Shown piece after piece: positions 9,123 through 17,550 of a stretch of DNA of 48,857 nt (the first letter of the stretch is position 1; every line of letters begins with the position of its first letter). This stretch comes from a virus, in UHGV virus genome UHGV-0138835, one strand, 5' to 3'. Made by a program: the position numbers and the translations under genes. Under the pieces are notes generated by a model. It did not search any database, was not told the origin of the DNA, and worked only from the letters and a program-made list of their open reading frames with translations.

Positions 9123-9837
9123 GGTTAGATAACGCCTCGTTTATTCTATTTGATGCAATTTCGAAATATTTTTCATCCTTTTCTATGCCGATAAAACGCC
9201 GATTAGTATTAATGCACGCAACGCCAGTAGTCCCGCTTCCCATGCAGTTATCAAGAACTAAATCACATTCGTTGGTATATGTTTTAATTAAATATTCCAT
9301 AAGCGCTACAGGCTTCTGTGTTGGGTGCAGCTTCACCCTATCTCGCGTAAACTCTAGTACCGTAACTGGATAGCGTTCGCCGCCACTCACCGTAGTTACA
9401 ATACCCGATGGATTGTAGTTAGATGTTTCCCCTCCTTTTTTACATTTATACGGCTTAAATCCCTCCCTCATTTGAGGGTTGTAAGTTGGCGGCTTATCAT
9501 AGAACACCAACACATTTTCATGATCCTTTAGCGGAGCGCGTTTAGCGTTCAGAAACCCTGTTCCAGCCTCTTTGCGCCAAATCCACTCATATCGAAGCAT
9601 ACCAAGATTGGACGCGCCTAAAACCTTGTCAAACGGCGTCTGGGCAGTCAGCACAATCGCCCCACAGCTTATGCGCTTGTATTCATCCCATAGAGACGGC
9701 AAATCAATAACGCTATCCCATTTGTTTCGCGTAGTCCCATACGGCAAATCACACAAAATCAAATTAATACTACAGTCTGGAATAGACTTCATAACCTCCA
9801 GGCAATCGCCTAACAATAATGCAATACCTTTACTCAT
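9103..9837 (-). CDS. DNA methyltransferase, beta-class N6-adenine/N4-cytosine (orphan)
   Basis: N-terminal motif IV DLPY (DPPY-like) and C-terminal motif I LDNCMGSGTTGVAC. Confidence 0.8.
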   Translation of the reverse strand: MSKGIALLLGDCLEVMKSIPDCSINLILCDLPYGTTRNKWDSVIDLPSLWDEYKRISCGAIVLTAQTPFDKVLGASNLGMLRYEWIWRKEAGTGFLNAKRAPLKDHENVLVFYDKPPTYNPQMREGFKPYKCKKGGETSNYNPSGIVTTVSGGERYPVTVLEFTRDRVKLHPTQKPVALMEYLIKTYTNECDLVLDNCMGSGTTGVACINTNRRFIGIEKDEKYFEIASNRINEALSNHEANKI

Positions 9838-9846
9838 GTTATAGCC

Positions 9847-10044
9847 TCATAATACACCGTTACTATTTTTCCACTGTGCCCGCGCATACATAATCGCCTG
9901 CAAAGAAATTAGCCGCGAGCTTGTCATGAAAGCGCCTTTTAAATATTTCATATCAACCGTGACAGGCTTATCAGGATCGTCGCCGCGCATGTATTCCGCA
10001 ATCGTGCTCAAATCCTCAACGGTTAAATCTAATTCCTTGTTCAT
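9847..10044 (-). CDS. hypothetical protein (65 aa)
   Basis: ORF in operon context. Confidence 0.3.
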   Translation of the reverse strand: MNKELDLTVEDLSTIAEYMRGDDPDKPVTVDMKYLKGAFMTSSRLISLQAIMYARAQWKNSNGVL

Positions 10045-10054
10045 GACTTACCCC

Positions 10055-10261
10055 TTACACAATCCGCATTGTGTTTCGTAATTCCCCGCGCAGCGCCTGC
10101 AAAGCGTAACGAATCGGCACAAAAGCCCGGTTAAATTTTACGTGCCTGTATTTGCGCATTAGTGGAGGCGTATAAACCATCGCGCCGCAAGAATTGCATG
10201 GAAATTTAAAGTGAGATTCATCAATGAATGTTTCAACTGAATAAAAAATTACACGTCTCAT
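10055..10261 (-). CDS. hypothetical protein (68 aa), Cys-containing
   Basis: ORF in operon context. Confidence 0.3.
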   Translation of the reverse strand: MRRVIFYSVETFIDESHFKFPCNSCGAMVYTPPLMRKYRHVKFNRAFVPIRYALQALRGELRNTMRIV

Positions 10262-10818
10262 AATTCCAACCCCGTTTCGCCGTTAAGTTTTTCGATCTCA
10301 AACACTGGTTTATCAGGAAGCAGGCCGTTATTTTTACGGTATTCGTTTAATAAGTTACTAAAATTAAATGCGACAACATTTGAATAACCATAAAAACGCG
10401 CGTTTCTGAAAAAATATTTACCGTCAAACTTATTAACGGTTAATAGATTCTCACTTCCTAACATCCGTAATATTCTGCCGACCTTTCCTTTGTTTATATT
10501 AATATTCAATTCATTCTTAACATCTTCCGCTGAAAAATACCCGCTGCTATTTGAAAACAAAGGGATTATATCCCTTATCGCCATTTCTCTTACTGACTTC
10601 AAGCAATATGATAATCTTTTACTATTTAGATCTACTTTTATAATAACGCCATCAGAAACCAAAGCATCCAAAGCGCAAATTATTTCACCTTCAGGTCCAG
10701 GAATAGATTTAACTATCGTTCCCTCACCTGAAATAACAGCGTCATTTAAAAAATCAATTATTTGTTGTTGGTATGAAGTTTTCATTTTCAGCCTCGCTTT
10801 AAACGCGATAACAGCCAC
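10258..10818 (-). CDS. hypothetical protein (186 aa) in a visibly AT-rich segment; possible acquired accessory gene
   Basis: Sequence is markedly AT-rich by eye compared with the flanking helicase and methyltransferase genes; no family recognised. Confidence 0.4.
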   Translation of the reverse strand: MAVIAFKARLKMKTSYQQQIIDFLNDAVISGEGTIVKSIPGPEGEIICALDALVSDGVIIKVDLNSKRLSYCLKSVREMAIRDIIPLFSNSSGYFSAEDVKNELNININKGKVGRILRMLGSENLLTVNKFDGKYFFRNARFYGYSNVVAFNFSNLLNEYRKNNGLLPDKPVFEIEKLNGETGLEL

Positions 10819-10861
10819 CAGAAAGCGGTAAACTTTCCGGTAAGCCGTTTGCTCATATTGA

Positions 10862-12277
10862 TTAAAAAGATGCGTTATTCTGATTGTTTCGTTGGCTAAA
10901 TCGGCTTGTACGATGATTCATGGACTGAATGCACGCGGCGGCGGCCTTACCCTGGTCGCATGGTAATATATTGCCGTTGTCATCAAACCGCTGGTAAATA
11001 GTACCAGTTTTCCCGTGACGGTTTTTAGATACAATTATTTCCATGTATTCGCGTGCTACAGACTGCTCATCGTAATAACCATCGCGGTAAACCATGATGA
11101 TCCTGTCAGCGTCTTGCTCAAGGTTCCCTGAATCTCGAAGATCTGAATTATTAGGGCGCTTGTTAGGTCGTTCCTCAACGCGGCGGGATAACTGGGCCAG
11201 CGCCAACACTGGTACACGCAATTCTTTCGCCATCATCTTCAACGACCATGACAATTGCCCTACAGCGAGATCGTGACGTTCGGCCTTAGCCAGCTTCATC
11301 AACCCGATGTAGTCAATCATTACCATACCCAGGTTGGGGTGTTCCTGTTTCATCCGTTCCGTGGTGGCGCGTATTTCCTCAACCGTTAACTGCGACGCGT
11401 CAACGATCCACACATCAAGATTAGCAAGTGCACTCATACCCTGGCCAACATGCGCCCACCCCTCATCATCAAGTTTTACCGGATTGCGCAGGCAGTCAGT
11501 TGATAAATTGCCAGCGCCAGCTATAGCGCGCTCAGTCATCTGATCGAGCGACATTTCAAGCGTGAATAACAAAACACCAACCCGCTGATCCTTGCTGCCA
11601 GGGTAAGGGCGCTCAGCAGCAGCGCGGGCAATCGCCAGCGCCAACGCAGATTTACCAGACCCAGGGCGTCCGGCGAGAAGTACCAAATCAGTGGCGTTAA
11701 TACCGCCTAACATTTCGTCGAGCGGTTCTATCCCTGTTTTGATGTTGTCAGAATTGACACCGCATTCCATGCGCTTGCTTAAAACCTCTGTGTATTCCTG
11801 TACCGCATCGCGCAACAGAACAGGGATAATCTTGTCTTTCGTTACCTTTAATTTTGAATACCGGGAATCAAAATCTTTCATCGTCTCTTTGACGACCTCA
11901 AGCGTACCCGTTTCCAGTTTGTAGCGCATATCGTCGATGAGTTCCAACATCTGACGCCGCTGGTGCTCTTCCCGTAGTAGCTGTGCGTACCCCTTCAGGT
12001 TGGCAGCAGAAGGACACGATCGCGCCGTTTGCATTAGCGGTACAAAGTTTTCGTTGCCAATCTCATCGCCAACCAATAACGCATCGATAAGATTCCTGTT
12101 TCTGGCTTGCGCCCTGATAATTTCAAACGCACGTTTATACAGCGGAATCGTGAACACTTCAGGATCAAGAGTGGCGAGAACATCTTGCGCGTTAGGAGTT
12201 AGGCCGCCTAACAGCAGCCCGCCGATAACTGACGCTTCACGTTCCTGCCGTAGTGAGTTTATTTGCTCAGTTACCAT
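10862..12277 (-). CDS. replicative DNA helicase, DnaB family
   Basis: N-terminal DnaB-like ERAVLGGLLL-type motif (EASVIGGLLLGG), Walker A GRPGSGKSA, length 471 aa. Confidence 0.85.
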   Translation of the reverse strand: MVTEQINSLRQEREASVIGGLLLGGLTPNAQDVLATLDPEVFTIPLYKRAFEIIRAQARNRNLIDALLVGDEIGNENFVPLMQTARSCPSAANLKGYAQLLREEHQRRQMLELIDDMRYKLETGTLEVVKETMKDFDSRYSKLKVTKDKIIPVLLRDAVQEYTEVLSKRMECGVNSDNIKTGIEPLDEMLGGINATDLVLLAGRPGSGKSALALAIARAAAERPYPGSKDQRVGVLLFTLEMSLDQMTERAIAGAGNLSTDCLRNPVKLDDEGWAHVGQGMSALANLDVWIVDASQLTVEEIRATTERMKQEHPNLGMVMIDYIGLMKLAKAERHDLAVGQLSWSLKMMAKELRVPVLALAQLSRRVEERPNKRPNNSDLRDSGNLEQDADRIIMVYRDGYYDEQSVAREYMEIIVSKNRHGKTGTIYQRFDDNGNILPCDQGKAAAACIQSMNHRTSRFSQRNNQNNASF

Positions 12278-12295
12278 TATGTTATTTCCTCCGGT

Positions 12296-13438
12296 TTACA
12301 AAATGGAATATTCAGGGTAATAAACAAAGCGCCCTATCTCACCATGATCCGGGCTGTAAATAATAACCGCCGCCAGGCGACGCGACCGCCATCCGCCATT
12401 AGTAGAATAAGCATCCTTACCGGCTAACGTGCCGTGATACTCAACAACGCCCAACGATGATTCAATCATCCGTTGATGATGCCAGTGCCCGCAGTGGGCG
12501 TAAACCGCCGCAGACTTCCCGAAATCATCGCGCCAGTCAGACACGCAAGCAGCCAATAAATTTTCCGGTTTTTTGATAGTGTGCCCGTGGTGGTAAGCAA
12601 GGAATGTTTTTCCGTACTGTGTGTGGTGGACGATGGCAGGGGACACATCAACCGTCACGCGCGGTTCATCTTCGTAAAAAGCCGCCAGCGACGCACGTAG
12701 CCATATCATTCCTGACTGGTCGTGATTGCCGGATAACACCTGTATTTCAACATCCTTATGATTTAATAACATCTTCCCTACCGCCCGCCGGACCGACCGG
12801 ATCGCTACATAAACAAGTTTTGCGTAGCGTGAATCGCAATCAAGTACGTGATTGCTTGATGGCGTAACTGGCAACAGACCGTCTGTGTGAAGAATATCCC
12901 CACCGAGAAGCAATACAGCTTTTTCAGACATCGGCGCAGCGCCTACAGCGTAGTCAAAGAAGTCATTCAACACGCGCTCAGCAATCCCAGTGTCGTAGCT
13001 CTCGCCGCATTCAGCTTTATGAGCAAGCGCCCCGATATGCAGATCAAATACCGGATAAAGGGCAAGGCTTTTTTGAAAATCAATTTCAGGCACTGGCACG
13101 GCCTCCGCGCGTGGTATTTCTTCCGTGAATGCGTCGCGGGCAGCTTCCATTACCTTTTCCATTTCATCGCGGTCACGGGCTGTTTTAATCCAGCGCATGA
13201 CTGTCTTCCCGTCTTTATCGACAAGAACAGATTCACCAGTAACGCCAAAACCCGGTGCGCGGCGCGTTGATAACAAACCGCGTTTCGCCAGCTTTGCGCC
13301 CAGACGCTCGACGTTGCGTTTTGACATGCAATATTTTTCAGCGATCTGTTTATACGTAAGACCGTTGTTATATTCAGCGATCAATTGCTCATCGCTGATT
13401 TTTCTTTGCGACATAATGTTAATTCCTCCAGTTAACAA
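12296..13438 (-). CDS. HTH domain fused to calcineurin-like metallophosphoesterase
   Basis: N-terminal HTH (LTYKQIAEKYCMSKRNVERL); phosphoesterase motifs DLH, GGDILHTDG, SGNHDQ, HHGH, GHWHH; start may be the internal ATG at 13414. Confidence 0.6.
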   Translation of the reverse strand: MLTGGINIMSQRKISDEQLIAEYNNGLTYKQIAEKYCMSKRNVERLGAKLAKRGLLSTRRAPGFGVTGESVLVDKDGKTVMRWIKTARDRDEMEKVMEAARDAFTEEIPRAEAVPVPEIDFQKSLALYPVFDLHIGALAHKAECGESYDTGIAERVLNDFFDYAVGAAPMSEKAVLLLGGDILHTDGLLPVTPSSNHVLDCDSRYAKLVYVAIRSVRRAVGKMLLNHKDVEIQVLSGNHDQSGMIWLRASLAAFYEDEPRVTVDVSPAIVHHTQYGKTFLAYHHGHTIKKPENLLAACVSDWRDDFGKSAAVYAHCGHWHHQRMIESSLGVVEYHGTLAGKDAYSTNGGWRSRRLAAVIIYSPDHGEIGRFVYYPEYSIL

Positions 13439-13447
13439 AATGTATAC

Positions 13448-14191
13448 CTACTTACACGCAAAAAGTTCAGATACCCAAAGCTGCCCCTTAGCGGTAAATA
13501 GTGATTGGACGTAACCTTCAGCCGAACATTTTACCACTCCATAGCCTTTTTCTACGAACCACTGTTTGAACATACGCCCACCGCGCTTAATTCGCGTATC
13601 GTACACGTCAACCTGTTCAAGTTTTTTGTTGAGTTGCGTAGCAGTCATACCCAAAGGCTTAGCGACCTGTGTAGCGTTGCGATGCTGTTCGTTTTTTGCA
13701 ATAGCATTATAAACAGCCGCTTTCGGTGCTAATTCCTTATTTTCCAGCGCCAGACGATCAACTTCTTTCTGTGCTAATAGTTTTTGCTCTACCTCATCCG
13801 CCCATGCGCGAGCAGCCGCAACCGGATCAGTGAAGTCCGGCAAAGCTGGTTTAAAACCGTAATGTCCATTTTCACGCAAAGCAGGGAGAACTTCTTCACA
13901 CACCCAATCCTGGAAGCGCTCAGCAAATTCTATTTTTGATCGCATCACAAGGCGGTACATATCTGATTCATGAATTAGCGTTACGCCTTGCGGTTTAGGG
14001 TCAAAACCCAAACACTGCATTTCACCGTATTTGATTTTAATCAATGACTTACAATGTTGTTTTAGAGCGTCCGCAGGTCTGATATACCCCAAAGCCCGCG
14101 CCACATCCATTGCAACAAAAGCAGGTTTACCATCATAAATTACAGCAGTGATTTTATTGTCATCAAAATTAAAACACATCAACTCAGACAT
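13448..14191 (-). CDS. antirepressor, Bro-N / KilA-C domain protein
   Basis: N-terminal Bro-N signature (FNFDDNKITAVIYDGKPAFVAMDVARALGY); start taken at ATG 14191 with GGGGAA SD. Confidence 0.7.
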   Translation of the reverse strand: MSELMCFNFDDNKITAVIYDGKPAFVAMDVARALGYIRPADALKQHCKSLIKIKYGEMQCLGFDPKPQGVTLIHESDMYRLVMRSKIEFAERFQDWVCEEVLPALRENGHYGFKPALPDFTDPVAAARAWADEVEQKLLAQKEVDRLALENKELAPKAAVYNAIAKNEQHRNATQVAKPLGMTATQLNKKLEQVDVYDTRIKRGGRMFKQWFVEKGYGVVKCSAEGYVQSLFTAKGQLWVSELFACK

Positions 14192-14323
14192 TGTAATTTC
14201 CCCGCAAAACGCTCTACAACGCAAAAATCCCACCGCGTAACACGTTCGCACATGTTGCAGTGTATTATTGCGCCAGAGGCGCTATCAGGTGGCTAATTTT
14301 TGATTTACAGACCGGTAGGTAGG

Positions 14324-14425
14324 TTATGGATTGACTAGAAGGAACAAACCGCCGAATAAGGCGACGTTAACAGCGATTGCCGCAGCGATGGCAAAAGCCA
14401 TGGCGAAAACGTGTTTACCGTCCAT
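14324..14425 (-). CDS. possible micro-ORF (33 aa), hydrophobic single-helix peptide MDGKHVFAMAFAIAAAIAVNVALFGGLFLLVNP
   Basis: Read by hand in the gap between the antirepressor and replication genes; weak SD. Confidence 0.25.
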   Translation of the reverse strand: MDGKHVFAMAFAIAAAIAVNVALFGGLFLLVNP

Positions 14426-14558
14426 TTTAAAATTCTCTCTGTAACGCTCTATAACGAGCTAATCGCAAAAAGGTAAGCAAGTATAGCACCACATGCGATT
14501 TATCTCGCTGGCGAGCTTGTTTTGCTGGTTATTTTGGGTTTTTGTGGATCGTGGTTAG

Positions 14559-15611
14559 TCAAAGAGCGCCAGCGCGTGTATCGCGTAGCGTTTTTGGTTT
14601 AAGCAGGAAATCAAGTGTCGCAGTGAAGCCATCGCCGAAGTAAAAATCTGAAGCCTTGTTTTTGAATGCTTCGAAGTAGGCGATAAAGCCGTTAATGCTT
14701 TTGTCTTTCAGGTAGTCAGTGAACGCATAGATCTTGCGTTCAAGATCCCGATCAAGTTCAGCAGGTGGCAACAGGCCGTCAAACGTGATGTTAAACTCTT
14801 CCACCACATCGGCAGCGTTTACAGTAGCTGATAGCTTGCGCCATTGTTCAGCGTCAGCCAGATACCCATCGAATTTAGTTACCCGGCAAATGTTAACAGG
14901 CTTAGGTGTTCCGCCACGGCTACGCCATTGCGTTAAAGCCCACTCAATCACTAATGTGATCTCATCCTCCGTATATGCTTTACGTGTTTTTGTTTCTGTC
15001 AGTAGTTCGATGAACGGTTTAGCATCACGACATTTACATCCTGCCTTGTCGTTGTAGAATGCCAGGCAACGCAATGCCGCTTCGTTTACGCCATCCTGAT
15101 TGAACATTTTTTGTTCATTTTCGACAATACACGAAGTGTATATATCTTTTTCTCTTTCTTTTTCTATTTCTAATTCTAATTCATGACCCTTTCCTGACCC
15201 GGTCATGACCCTATCATGACCTTTTTGTGTTGGATTGATTAACTTTTCTAATTTTAATTGCTCCTTCGCTGTGTTTATGGCGGCCCTGTAAGCGCTTTTA
15301 GAAGTCATTGATTGGTCCAGCCTTTTCAATAACTTTAAACAAGTTATGTGGCCTTGAGAACATTCAAACAAACCAATTTCGATGAAGTATTTCATCATTT
15401 CTTCTATACGTTTTTCAGTAGATCCGACGTTTCGCGCAATTATTCTTGCGTCATGTCGTAGGTCAAAAGTTAGATTGTGCTGATCTACGTCATAAGTTAT
15501 TAGTTCTAGGCAATACCAATAAAGCCCGTATCCTTCCAGTCCATAATCTAATAAAACGTTTTGAAGTTTTTCATCGCGGTTCGCATCGCTATCATGCTTA
15601 AACCACTTCAT
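14559..15611 (-). CDS. replication initiation protein (replisome-organizer-like N-terminal domain), contains internal iterons
   Basis: N-terminus MKWFKHDSDANRDEKL…GLEGYGLYWYCLE typical of phage replisome organizers; iterons in the linker region. Confidence 0.6.
   Translation of the reverse strand: MKWFKHDSDANRDEKLQNVLLDYGLEGYGLYWYCLELITYDVDQHNLTFDLRHDARIIARNVGSTEKRIEEMMKYFIEIGLFECSQGHITCLKLLKRLDQSMTSKSAYRAAINTAKEQLKLEKLINPTQKGHDRVMTGSGKGHELELEIEKEREKDIYTSCIVENEQKMFNQDGVNEAALRCLAFYNDKAGCKCRDAKPFIELLTETKTRKAYTEDEITLVIEWALTQWRSRGGTPKPVNICRVTKFDGYLADAEQWRKLSATVNAADVVEEFNITFDGLLPPAELDRDLERKIYAFTDYLKDKSINGFIAYFEAFKNKASDFYFGDGFTATLDFLLKPKTLRDTRAGAL
15138..15221. repeat. putative origin of replication: AT-rich tract plus four 9-bp iterons (TCATGACCC / TCCTGACCC) at exact 11-bp spacing
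   Basis: Iterons at 15181, 15192, 15203, 15214, immediately after the tract tatatatctttttctctttctttttctatttctaattctaat; located inside the initiator gene as in lambda O. Confidence 0.5.
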
Positions 15612-15614
15612 AGA

Positions 15615-15869
15615 TCATTCCTCCGGCAATGCAATGTCATAAATGTCGCCGTATTCGTCAGCGCGTTTAATGAATCCTTTGCGGATCAATGAATTTAATG
15701 CGTCAACAGTAGTATGCAGTGGTAGTTCGCACACTTTTGCGATCTCTTCGCGTGAAGCATGTGCGCGGCCTTTGTTGTCTGCCTTTTCTGCAAACGCAAT
15801 TAAGACAAGTTTTTGGATCGGGCTGTTAAGTTTTACGTTCCATACTTCATTCATCATGTGCATACTCAT
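15615..15869 (-). CDS. winged-helix HTH protein, first gene of the leftward early operon (Cro position)
   Basis: 84 aa, divergent from the repressor gene; HTH-like segment SREEIAKVCELPLHTTVDALNSLIRKGFI. Confidence 0.5.
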   Translation of the reverse strand: MSMHMMNEVWNVKLNSPIQKLVLIAFAEKADNKGRAHASREEIAKVCELPLHTTVDALNSLIRKGFIKRADEYGDIYDIALPEE

Positions 15870-16174
15870 CTTGTTTTTCTCCTATGGTTAGAGTGAACGC
15901 GCGGGCGGGCATCCCATTAGCATTAGATAGCAGTGACTGACCGCTCAACAGATCCCGCCGTTGCGTGATATTTGTTTTTCGCTTCGCAGCGACACCGGAT
16001 TTTTAAAGAGCTTAAGGAATTGGCCTTTTGTGCTTTCCTTTATCTTTTTTCTTGCATCATTGCAACTATGGCCTTACCTTGTCTGCAAGTTTACATAATG
16101 GCTTTAACAGGTCAAGGCTTGAAAAACACGTTTTGTGACTTGCATCAAACTTTTTTAGGTTATAGGGTAGCGAC
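15870..16174. promoter_or_regulatory. divergent immunity regulatory region (OR-like) with repeated CTTGCATCA motifs and a candidate leftward boxA/boxB
   Basis: CTTGCATCA at 16051 and 16139; TTTACATAATGG at 16090; minus-strand boxA-like GCTCTTTAAAAA (plus 16000-16011) followed by a hairpin at plus 15979-15992. Confidence 0.45.
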
Positions 16175-16822
16175 ATGAAAACAAAATGGTATGACTTAGC
16201 AAAGCAGCTCATGCGGGCGCAGGGCATGAGTCAGGATTCATTGGCTGATCTCATGGGGATAACCAAAGGTGGCCTTTCGCACTGGCTGAACGGTCGCCGT
16301 GAGCCAAATCTTGAAGATATTGCGCGGATCATGCGGGCGCTTGGGCGTCGGCAGTTTACTGTCACACATGACGGGATGGTTATCGATGATTCTGTTTCTA
16401 ACACGTTACCGGGAGCGCCACCGCGTGATTTAGGCAGTTACCCGGTTGTTGACTGGAAGGATGTAGCAAACAATATGGAAGGCACATGCCGATCAACATT
16501 GCCACACATTACTACTAGCGTTATTTGTTCGGATGATAGTTATTGGCTGGTTGCTAAAGGTGAATCAATGAACGCACCGCAGGGGTTAAGCATCCCGGCG
16601 GGGACTATGATACTCGTTGACCCGCACGCGCCAGCTATTGACGGAAAACTTGTTATAGCACAACTGGAGGAAGGGCAGATACCTACGTTTAAACAGTTGA
16701 TTATTGATGGAGGCCGAAAACTTTTGCGTTCACTGAATCCGTTGTATCCGCCGATCCCTATGAATCCAGAGTCAAAAATCATTGGCGTGGTTGTTGATGC
16801 GAAGATCGTAAACCTGCCATAA
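16175..16822 (+). CDS. CI-type repressor (HTH_XRE + LexA-like S24 peptidase domain), P22 C2-like
   Basis: C-terminal domain closely matches recalled P22 C2 (GSYP…SEDS.WL…G.SM.AP.GLSIP.G..ILVDP……GKLV.A.LE…..TFK.L..D.GRK.L..LNP.YP.I…….KIIGVVVDAK..NLP). Confidence 0.9.
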   Translation: MKTKWYDLAKQLMRAQGMSQDSLADLMGITKGGLSHWLNGRREPNLEDIARIMRALGRRQFTVTHDGMVIDDSVSNTLPGAPPRDLGSYPVVDWKDVANNMEGTCRSTLPHITTSVICSDDSYWLVAKGESMNAPQGLSIPAGTMILVDPHAPAIDGKLVIAQLEEGQIPTFKQLIIDGGRKLLRSLNPLYPPIPMNPESKIIGVVVDAKIVNLP

Positions 16823-16827
16823 ACATT

Positions 16828-16853
16828 AGCCGCCTGGTGGCGGCTTTTCTTTG
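16828..16853 (+). terminator. rho-independent terminator after repressor gene
   Basis: agccgcc-tggt-ggcggct hairpin followed by TTTCTTTGTT. Confidence 0.6.
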
Positions 16854-16946
16854 TTCGAAAAAACACCAAAACGTAAACAGAAAACGCTATTTATTGTTTA
16901 AATATCAATAGTATATAAAATATTTTAAAAAAGTATACAAAATGGA

Positions 16947-16975
16947 TTGACTCGATGTTATACGGGGAGTATATT
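16947..16975 (+). promoter_or_regulatory. candidate sigma70 early promoter (pL-like): -35 TTGACT, 17-bp spacer, -10 TATATT
   Basis: Hexamers and spacer read directly; upstream of the nut site and the N-like gene. Confidence 0.5.
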
Positions 16976-17016
16976 GCGAGTCAAAGGAGGCAGCAAGGCA
17001 GGGAAGGAAGGTTACT

Positions 17017-17054
17017 TGCTCTTTAATAATCTGGTCAGCCGCTGGAAGTGCGGC
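17017..17054 (+). promoter_or_regulatory. candidate nut site: boxA-like TGCTCTTTAA plus boxB hairpin GCCGC-UGGAAGU-GCGGC
   Basis: boxA 17017-17026 resembles the recalled rrn/lambda boxA; 11-nt spacer; boxB stem-loop 17038-17054. Confidence 0.5.
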
Positions 17055-17110
17055 AATTAACGAAGATGATTTTTTATTAAGTTTCATCAAGGATATACGG
17101 AGATCAGATT

Positions 17111-17401
17111 ATGAGCGTTACAATTATGTATGGAAAATGTGATAGCAAAATGAACGCCAGGGAACGCAGAAGGATAAAAAGAGAAAACGAAAGAAAATCA
17201 TCACCTGCAATTAATAAAACAGACAATGTGGATAAAGCTATTCGATTTGCAAACGAGGAAAGGTGCAAACCAAATAGCATTAAAGAACGTCGCAAAGGAT
17301 CAGTAAAATGGTATACGGAAAATGAAAGCGGCAGCTACTACCACGCAACGCAACCACGCCATTTAGGGGAGAAACCCCTGGATAAAGTCCGTTACCATTA
17401 A
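17111..17401 (+). CDS. N-like transcription antitermination protein (P22 gene 24-like)
   Basis: N-terminus MSVTIMYGKCDSKMNARERRRIKRENERK resembles recalled P22 gp24 (MTVITYGKS…AKTRRHERRRKLA) with an arginine-rich motif; first gene after promoter and nut. Confidence 0.6.
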   Translation: MSVTIMYGKCDSKMNARERRRIKRENERKSSPAINKTDNVDKAIRFANEERCKPNSIKERRKGSVKWYTENESGSYYHATQPRHLGEKPLDKVRYH

Positions 17402-17550
17402 TACAAAATGTAAACATTCGGAGGTTACATTATGGTTATCGAGGCGCTTCAATTCAAACTGACAGTAGCGGAAATGCTTCATGATGCCGAAATGTGGAGC
17501 GCCGCGAATAAAGCCTTATACATAGTGTTAACAGCGAAGGAGATTAAAGA

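Noticed and set aside
15972-16178. 68-aa + strand ORF in the immunity intergenic region
   Set aside because: Lies across the divergent promoter/operator region and runs into the repressor start; no RBS; more likely non-coding regulatory DNA.
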